From Candidatus Latescibacterota bacterium (GTDB lineage: Bacteria > Latescibacterota > UBA2968 > GCA-2709665), in contig OZ241917.1 of the NCBI GenBank assembly GCA_965203805.1, positions 3,424,001 through 3,488,000 of the forward strand: DNA of 64,000 nucleotides. Reading direction: 5' to 3'. Below the pieces are notes generated by a model. That model was not told where the DNA came from. It ran no database searches and was given only the letters and a program-made list of their open reading frames with translations. Within the stretch, counting starts at the first letter, position 1. Each line of letters opens with the position of its first letter. The position numbers and the translations under genes were made by a program. This document shows positions 57,866-64,000 of this stretch, piece by piece.

Positions 57866-59383
57866 TTACTCGAACAACTCGAATGCGCCGTCCCTGACGA
57901 TCAGCACGATGGGATCGTAGACCGCGTCGCCGTCGTCATTGAACGAGAACCGGCCCAGAATCGTGTCGACATCCCGGGTAGCAGCCATTGCATCCTTAAT
58001 TGCGCTCGGGTCCGTCGATCCGGCGTGCGCGATAGCATCCGCAAGTATGTTCAGCGAGGCGTACGAAAGCGCGGCCCACGGACTCGGTTCACTATCGTGT
58101 TCCATCATATAACTGTCAATGAAGGTCTGATTCCCGGGCGTGGAAGCGTTGGTTGCCCAACTCGTAATGCTGATCACACGTTCCGCGGCCTCTCCGGCGG
58201 CGGCCACTTCAGCCAACGTCATTTCGGGAATGACGATGGGGATGTTCGAGGGTATGCCAACTTCGCGGGCCTGGATCATTATGTCAATCATCTCTGATGC
58301 CAGACACGAGACAAAGATGGCGTGCGGATTCAGCTCTTTGATGTTGTTCAACTGGGCCGCGAACGAGGTATCTCCCGTCGCAAAGGTCTCCCGGCCCAGA
58401 ATCTCCACATCGCCTTCCGCAAGGGAATTGCTCACCGCCTCGTCCAGACTCCGGGAATAGACGTCGGCGTCGTCTACCATTGTGGCGACCCTGCTAAACC
58501 TCAGTTTCTCCTGCAGTTCCTTGACTGCGCCCGGGACGAGCGTACCCACGTTGAGACCGGAGCGGAAAATATAGTCCCCGATCGCGCTCAGGCCAACGGC
58601 GGTGGAGGTCGAACTGAATGCCAGAACTTCGTTCTGTTGGGCGATTGGGAACACTTCCTTTGCCACGGTGGAAATGCCGGGGCCCAGGATGACGGTGACA
58701 CCGTCTTCGTTGATGAGTTTGTTGAACGCCGCGGTGGCAGCGTCGATCGTGCCCTCCGTATCCTCGACGATAAATTCGATACTTGCGCCGCCGAGTCTCT
58801 GAGAGTCGTTTATTTCTCCTTGAGCCAACTCAAAGCCTTCCAACGCCGGCACGCCGTACACCTCTTGCGGACCCGTCAGCGGCACAGCCACGCCGATCGC
58901 GATCTTCGCGGGCAGACCGCCGGGCGTCAGCGCGATAGAACCTGACACGCCTGGCTTGTCGCCGATCGGCAGTTCAATTGTCGACTGATAACCGCTGTTG
59001 ACCGGTATGCTCAGCCACGAACCGATCTCGCTTCCGCCGCTCATGGCCCGCGCCGTATAGTAGCCGGTTACGCCGGCGCCGCCGATATCCAGGTACGCCC
59101 TGCCTCGCACATTGGTCGTTCCGGACCATTTGTAATCGGCCGGCCGGCCGGAAACCGATCGCGAGAACTCCACGGTAGCGCCGCTTACGTGCATCCCGCC
59201 GTCATGCACGTGCGCTACGACCACGGCCCGCATCATGCCATTCAGGGCCAGCTTGCCCAGGGGTTGGCCGGCGCCGTCCCCTGCCTCCGGTACCTGAGAC
59301 GTTGTCAGGCGCTCGCCGCCGCAACCCCATATCAGGCCTGTGGAAAGCGCAAACAGCAACACAGTGCGAAAACTACGAAACAT
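57866..59383 (-). CDS. LivJ-type solute-binding lipoprotein (type A) with extra N-terminal module
   Basis: Lipobox WGC; paralog of 52422-53951. Confidence 0.9.
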   Translation of the reverse strand: MFRSFRTVLLFALSTGLIWGCGGERLTTSQVPEAGDGAGQPLGKLALNGMMRAVVVAHVHDGGMHVSGATVEFSRSVSGRPADYKWSGTTNVRGRAYLDIGGAGVTGYYTARAMSGGSEIGSWLSIPVNSGYQSTIELPIGDKPGVSGSIALTPGGLPAKIAIGVAVPLTGPQEVYGVPALEGFELAQGEINDSQRLGGASIEFIVEDTEGTIDAATAAFNKLINEDGVTVILGPGISTVAKEVFPIAQQNEVLAFSSTSTAVGLSAIGDYIFRSGLNVGTLVPGAVKELQEKLRFSRVATMVDDADVYSRSLDEAVSNSLAEGDVEILGRETFATGDTSFAAQLNNIKELNPHAIFVSCLASEMIDIMIQAREVGIPSNIPIVIPEMTLAEVAAAGEAAERVISITSWATNASTPGNQTFIDSYMMEHDSEPSPWAALSYASLNILADAIAHAGSTDPSAIKDAMAATRDVDTILGRFSFNDDGDAVYDPIVLIVRDGAFELFE

Positions 59384-59741
59384 AACGAACCCTCCCAATG
59401 TTGTGGACTACCGGTGATATAGAGCCAGGAAGCAGCAAACGGCGAGCGCAGGAAACGCACCCATCCGAATTGGCCCCTGACTCGTCGACACATTCGGATA
59501 TAAGCAGAATGCCACAACCTGAACAAAGAACATCCTGCCGACAGCGTTCGAGTGCGCTGCGGTGATTGGCAGTATTATTGAATATAAGTTCATTTCGCGT
59601 GAAGACAAGGGCATACGGGAGTTTCTTTTAAAAAATATGACGGTTTCCGGGGGCTGGCGCTACCGGAGACACGATTGGACGCCCACCAAGTTCGGGGCGA
59701 CCAAAGCGCCCCGGATCGGGTAAAGTGCCCGATTTCATGTA

Positions 59742-61364
59742 TCAAATGCCAAGGATCCCTCGCGCTGCCTGGCGCGCTTCTTCCAGCGTTTCGACAACGC
59801 GGTGCCTGGGTAGATGTCTCAGGATGCCGAGCGCGTTCAGGGTTCGCTGAACCAGGCCGGGCAGTCCCATGACAATGCATTCGGTCTGCTCGCCTTTGGC
59901 GATCTCCATGAGTTGCCCGATGACCATGGCTGCGCTGTCGTCGAGATAGGTGGCGCCCGAGAAATCGAAGATGACCACGTCGTGGTCTTTGATGTCCGCG
60001 CCAATGACGCCGGCCAGCTTGTGGGAGGATGCGACGGTGAGACTTCCTCTGAGCGCGACCAGGCCGACCCGCGCCGAGTACGGACTCAGCGCGTCGGCGT
60101 CCATGTCTTCCTCCTCGGCGAAGAACGTCCGGTCCAGCAGCGGCACGGAGACCACGCTGTCCAGCTCCAGTCGTTCCAGTTGCCGTGCGTGCACCATTCC
60201 GGCGGCGATCAGACCGATCGCCACGGCCGTTACCAGATCGACAAATACCGTGAGTCCAAGCGTAATCATCATGACGATGAGATGCTCCCGCCGCAGCCGG
60301 TGAACGCGGGCAAGAAGACGCCAGTCGACGACGTCCCATCCGACCTTAATCAGAATGCCGGCGAGAACCGCATGGGGAATCGGCTCCACGTACCGCCCGA
60401 GACCCAGCATCAGAACCAGCAGGAGTACCGCGTACAACGTACCGGAGACCGGCGTCACCCCGCCGGCGCGTATGTTGGTTACCGTCCCGGTGGTGGAACC
60501 CGCGCCGGGCAGCCCGCCGAACAATCCCGATACCATATTTCCGATCCCCTGCCCGACGAGTTCCCGGCTCGCGTCGTGCCTCGTGCCGGTCAGTGAATCG
60601 GCAACCAGTGAGGTGAGGAGGCTGTCCACCGAACCCAGAAGCGCGAGGATGAGCGCAGGTTCCAACGCCGTCATCAAGAAGGAGACCGTGGGCGGCATCA
60701 GTTGCAGATCGGGCAATCCCGTGGGTATCCGGCCGATAACCGGTACGTCTCTCAGCCAGACGACGCCGAGCAACGTCCCGGCAAGCAGCGCCAGGAGCGG
60801 GCCGGGCAGATATCTTGCGAAGCGTCGCGGCCAGAGCGCTCCGACGACGAGCGCGACCGTCGCAATGGCCAGCGCGTTGTAATTGACGTTGTCCACCGCA
60901 TCGGACACGGCGTGAATCGTGCCCAGGACGCCGCCCGGCGCCGTAGGGGATCCGAGAAACGGCAGGATGTGAATCACCATGATGATGATCCCGATTCCGG
61001 ACATGAACCCGGAGATGACCACGTGCGGCGTATAGGCGACGAAACGCCCGATCCTCGACAAGCCGAGGAGCACCTGCAGCAGACCGGCCATCACGACCAC
61101 TGTCAGGGCTTCTGAGAGGTTGGATGTGTAGCCCGAAACAATGACCACAAGGGCAACGGTCATCGGCGCCGTGGGGCCCGAAATCTGCGTCCGGGTGCCG
61201 CCGAATACCGCCGCGAAGAAGCCGACCGCGATCGCCCCGTACATCCCCGCAGCCGCGCCCATTCCCGATGCGACGCCAAGGGCCAACGCCACGGGCAGCG
61301 CCACCACGGTTGCCGTGATGCCGCCGAATACGTCGCCCCGCAACGCACTCAAGTCATATTTCAT
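59742..61364 (-). CDS. SulP-family anion transporter with STAS domain
   Basis: GDVFGG...ALPVALA, QISGPTAP, ELVGQGIGN, FDFSGATYLD. Confidence 0.95.
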   Translation of the reverse strand: MKYDLSALRGDVFGGITATVVALPVALALGVASGMGAAAGMYGAIAVGFFAAVFGGTRTQISGPTAPMTVALVVIVSGYTSNLSEALTVVVMAGLLQVLLGLSRIGRFVAYTPHVVISGFMSGIGIIIMVIHILPFLGSPTAPGGVLGTIHAVSDAVDNVNYNALAIATVALVVGALWPRRFARYLPGPLLALLAGTLLGVVWLRDVPVIGRIPTGLPDLQLMPPTVSFLMTALEPALILALLGSVDSLLTSLVADSLTGTRHDASRELVGQGIGNMVSGLFGGLPGAGSTTGTVTNIRAGGVTPVSGTLYAVLLLVLMLGLGRYVEPIPHAVLAGILIKVGWDVVDWRLLARVHRLRREHLIVMMITLGLTVFVDLVTAVAIGLIAAGMVHARQLERLELDSVVSVPLLDRTFFAEEEDMDADALSPYSARVGLVALRGSLTVASSHKLAGVIGADIKDHDVVIFDFSGATYLDDSAAMVIGQLMEIAKGEQTECIVMGLPGLVQRTLNALGILRHLPRHRVVETLEEARQAARGILGI

Positions 61365-61499
61365 TGAATCGTGTCCTTATTGTCCTGTCGTGTCGCCTGA
61401 CGGCGGATAAACACCCATTGGAACTGCGTTCCGTGCGGACGCGGGCACTCTCTAACACCAACTCGATTGTTCTCAATAGAGTTTTCTCCCTTACCCCTC

Positions 61500-61920
61500 A
61501 AAATTCCCCTGTTTCCTTGCCCTTTTTCTTGCTTCGCCCAAGAAAAAGGGCGAAAAAGAAGGGCGCCGCTCAGACGCCGCGGGGCTGCTTTTCCGCGAAC
61601 CGCCTTCGTGGAGAGAACCTGCGCCGTTGCCCTGAAACCCTCGAAGACTATCCCGCACTACGTTGCTGGACGGCCTCGCGCGGAAAAGCCCCCACACAAC
61701 CCAAACCGGACGGTGATGAATATGACCCGATATTACCGCCGTCTGGGTTTGTTGTTACCCCGTTGATCGCTGTTTGTCTTTCTTGGCGTCTTTGTGTCTC
61801 CGTGTGAGTTGATTTTGTGCGCCGGGGGAGCGGACCGCGTATCAGCGAGGTAATATCGCCCGGCCCTATGGATTTCCCATCGCGCGATGTCATCATCTCA
61901 CCTCTTACGTCTCACGTCTC
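61500..61920. repeat. Mosaic repeat island (family D, reverse)
   Basis: Reverse match to 23530-23710; lacks the 33-bp hairpin insert. Confidence 0.75.
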
Positions 61921-62026
61921 CCTCGGAGGGGCGGTGCCGGGCGGCGATGTCCCAGGCTTGACAAGGCCGCAGCATACCGTATCATTATTGTTGCACGTTA
62001 TCCTTCAACACTGAAAGGAAGGGCCG

Positions 62027-62683
62027 ATGCTGAGATTTCCCGAAGAACTCATGCTCCTGATACTCGACGACGAGAACGGGAGGTTCGCCCGTGTTCCGGA
62101 CCAGTCCCTGCGCTATGCGCTCGCCGGCGGGGTGCTGATGGATCTCGCGATGGAGAACCGAATTGACACCGATCCCAAGCAACTGGTTCTTTTGGATTCG
62201 ACGCCCGTAAACGACAGCCTGCTCGATCCGACGCTCGCCGACGTTTCGCAGGCAGACGAAACCCACGACGCACGCTATTGGGTGGAACGCACCGCCATTC
62301 GCAGCGCCACGGGCATTCGAGAGGCGTCTCTGGACCGGCTGGTTGAAAAAGGTATCCTGGAACGCCGCGACGACCGGTTTTTGTGGGTATTCAGGTCACG
62401 GCGGTATCCCGTGGTGGATGACCAGGCCGAACGGGAGGTCAAGCTCAGGATTATGGAGATCCTGTTCAGCGACCAGATCCCGGACCCTCGCGACGTCGTG
62501 ATCATCAGCCTTGCGCACGCCTGCAACCTCTTCAGCCAGATCCTGTCCGCCAGGGAGCTGGCGCGCGTGGCCCCCCGAATCAACCAGGTGCGCAAACTCG
62601 ATCTGATCGGCCAGGCGACGTTCCGGGCGATTACGGAAATCGAACTGTCGCTCGCTCTGGCCGTACAGATGCGTCCGTATTAG
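62027..62683 (+). CDS. GPP34/GOLPH3-family protein
   Basis: EELMLLILDD, ALAGGVLMDLA, LVEKGIL...FLWVFRSRRYP. Confidence 0.9.
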   Translation: MLRFPEELMLLILDDENGRFARVPDQSLRYALAGGVLMDLAMENRIDTDPKQLVLLDSTPVNDSLLDPTLADVSQADETHDARYWVERTAIRSATGIREASLDRLVEKGILERRDDRFLWVFRSRRYPVVDDQAEREVKLRIMEILFSDQIPDPRDVVIISLAHACNLFSQILSARELARVAPRINQVRKLDLIGQATFRAITEIELSLALAVQMRPY

Positions 62684-62721
62684 CCTTAATGCGACAAAAT
62701 CAGCAGCCCCGTTCGCCGCCA

Positions 62722-64000
62722 CTACGACGCGTCCTCCACCCGTACGGTAACGATGTCCAGATCGTGATATTTCTGGTGGCGCACCGACGAGGCGTAATGG
62801 CGTAACAGCCTGAACGAGATTTCATGCTCGTCCAGGATCTCCGGCTGTTCACTCAGATACGCCAGCCTGTCTTCCAGATTTTCTCCCGCCGCAGCCGCCA
62901 GAAACTCCAGTTCCGCAGTCTCCTCCACGTGCCGGACGGTGATGACGAGCAGCCGCCCACCCTCACGCGCACGCTCACCGGCCTGTTCTATCAGAATCGA
63001 CAGGGTCTCTTCGCCCGCGGCGCACAGCCGGCCGGTTGCCGGCTCCGTCCAGCCGATACCTGCCGCAAACCTGCGGAGGAACTTGTCGATCCCGGGAAGT
63101 GATCCGGCGGACAATTCGACCTGGAGGCGCTTCCGGCGGCGCGCCGTCAATTCCAGGAAAGCGGTCAGCAGGATGGCCGCGAGACCGCCCGCGGTCATCC
63201 CGTTGCCAAGCAACGTCCCCCACGTCCCGCCAATCAAATCAGGAAAGATCACCTGATGCTGAAAACCCACACCCAGCCAGAACGCCAGCCCGACCACCGT
63301 GGCCTTCCGGTGATCGACGCCGTCCTCGACAATCAGCTTCATGCCCTGTACGAATAACAGGCCGATCAGCAGCGTGACATAGGCAGCTGCGACGGGATTG
63401 GGAATGGCGATCACGAGGGCGGTTACTTTGGGGGACAGGGCCAGCAGGACGAATAAGACTCCGATATATATCCCGACGCGGCGCGCCGCGACTCCGGTCA
63501 GTTCGGCAAGCGATATGCTGGTCGAATAGGTGGTATTGGGAGGCGTGCCGATGAGACCCGAGAGCAGATTACCCATGCCGTCGGCGTTGAGGGCGCCCTG
63601 CACCAGGCGGAAGTCGGTTGCACGGGGCCGGCGCCGGGAGACCCGTTGAATGGCGACGCCGTCGCCGACGGTCTCGATCGCCCCGACGACCGTAACGACC
63701 ACGAATGCCGGAAGCAAAGCCCAGAATTCCGCGCTCATCGAGAGGTCCAGCCCCGGCCAGGCGTAAGCGGGAAAGCCGATCCAGGGTGCTTCGAGAACAG
63801 GACGTACGTCGTACAGTCCGAGCGGCGCGGCAACCGCGCATCCGACGCCAATTCCGATCAGCGGCGCCCACAGCCGCAGTACCGCGGGGGCCCGCAGCGC
63901 CAGCACGACGAGCGTCACAAACGCCGCACCGGCCGCGGCCGGCGGCGCCGCCGCCGGCGTCCCCTCGGGCACGTCCTTCAACAGGCCGAAAACCACAGGC
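62722..64000 (-). CDS. NCS2 xanthine/uracil permease-family protein with HATPase-like C-terminal extension, 5' end beyond window
   Basis: GAIETVGD, ADG, PNTTYS, TGVAARRVG; soluble C-terminal ~130 aa. Confidence 0.88.
   Translation of the reverse strand, partial: PVVFGLLKDVPEGTPAAAPPAAAGAAFVTLVVLALRAPAVLRLWAPLIGIGVGCAVAAPLGLYDVRPVLEAPWIGFPAYAWPGLDLSMSAEFWALLPAFVVVTVVGAIETVGDGVAIQRVSRRRPRATDFRLVQGALNADGMGNLLSGLIGTPPNTTYSTSISLAELTGVAARRVGIYIGVLFVLLALSPKVTALVIAIPNPVAAAYVTLLIGLLFVQGMKLIVEDGVDHRKATVVGLAFWLGVGFQHQVIFPDLIGGTWGTLLGNGMTAGGLAAILLTAFLELTARRRKRLQVELSAGSLPGIDKFLRRFAAGIGWTEPATGRLCAAGEETLSILIEQAGERAREGGRLLVITVRHVEETAELEFLAAAAGENLEDRLAYLSEQPEILDEHEISFRLLRHYASSVRHQKYHDLDIVTVRVEDAS

Overview
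GC-rich bacterial window. The gene style (dockerin-like EF-hand tags, T9SS-like tail, LRR/cadherin/FN3 surface protein, glycan catabolism) resembles host- or sponge-associated Latescibacterota/Gemmatimonadota-like genomes; this is inference only. Contents in order: a hybrid sensor kinase running off the left edge (missing from the ORF track); secreted and surface proteins; a WYL regulator bracketed by two paralogous ~70-aa Cys-rich genes with matching promoters; a stop-interrupted membrane glycosyltransferase-like gene; a candidate ~63-nt sRNA; a sigma54-type hsp20; a group II intron scar; an AT-rich islet; an IS21 nested in an older IS21; three type II TA pairs; a catabolic block (sialidase-like, heparinase-like, oxidoreductases, enolase-family, DHDPS-family); an orphan RamAB-like ABC exporter pair; four paralogous LivJ-type lipoproteins sharing an unnamed N-terminal module; SulP, GPP34 and an NCS2 permease. 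Intergenic DNA is dominated by mosaic repeats, including 27/33-bp CCTGCC...GGCAGG hairpins seen as filled versus empty sites, once in-frame inside a transposase. No rRNA, tRNA or CRISPR array was seen. Repeat-island boundaries are approximate and all alignments were done by eye.
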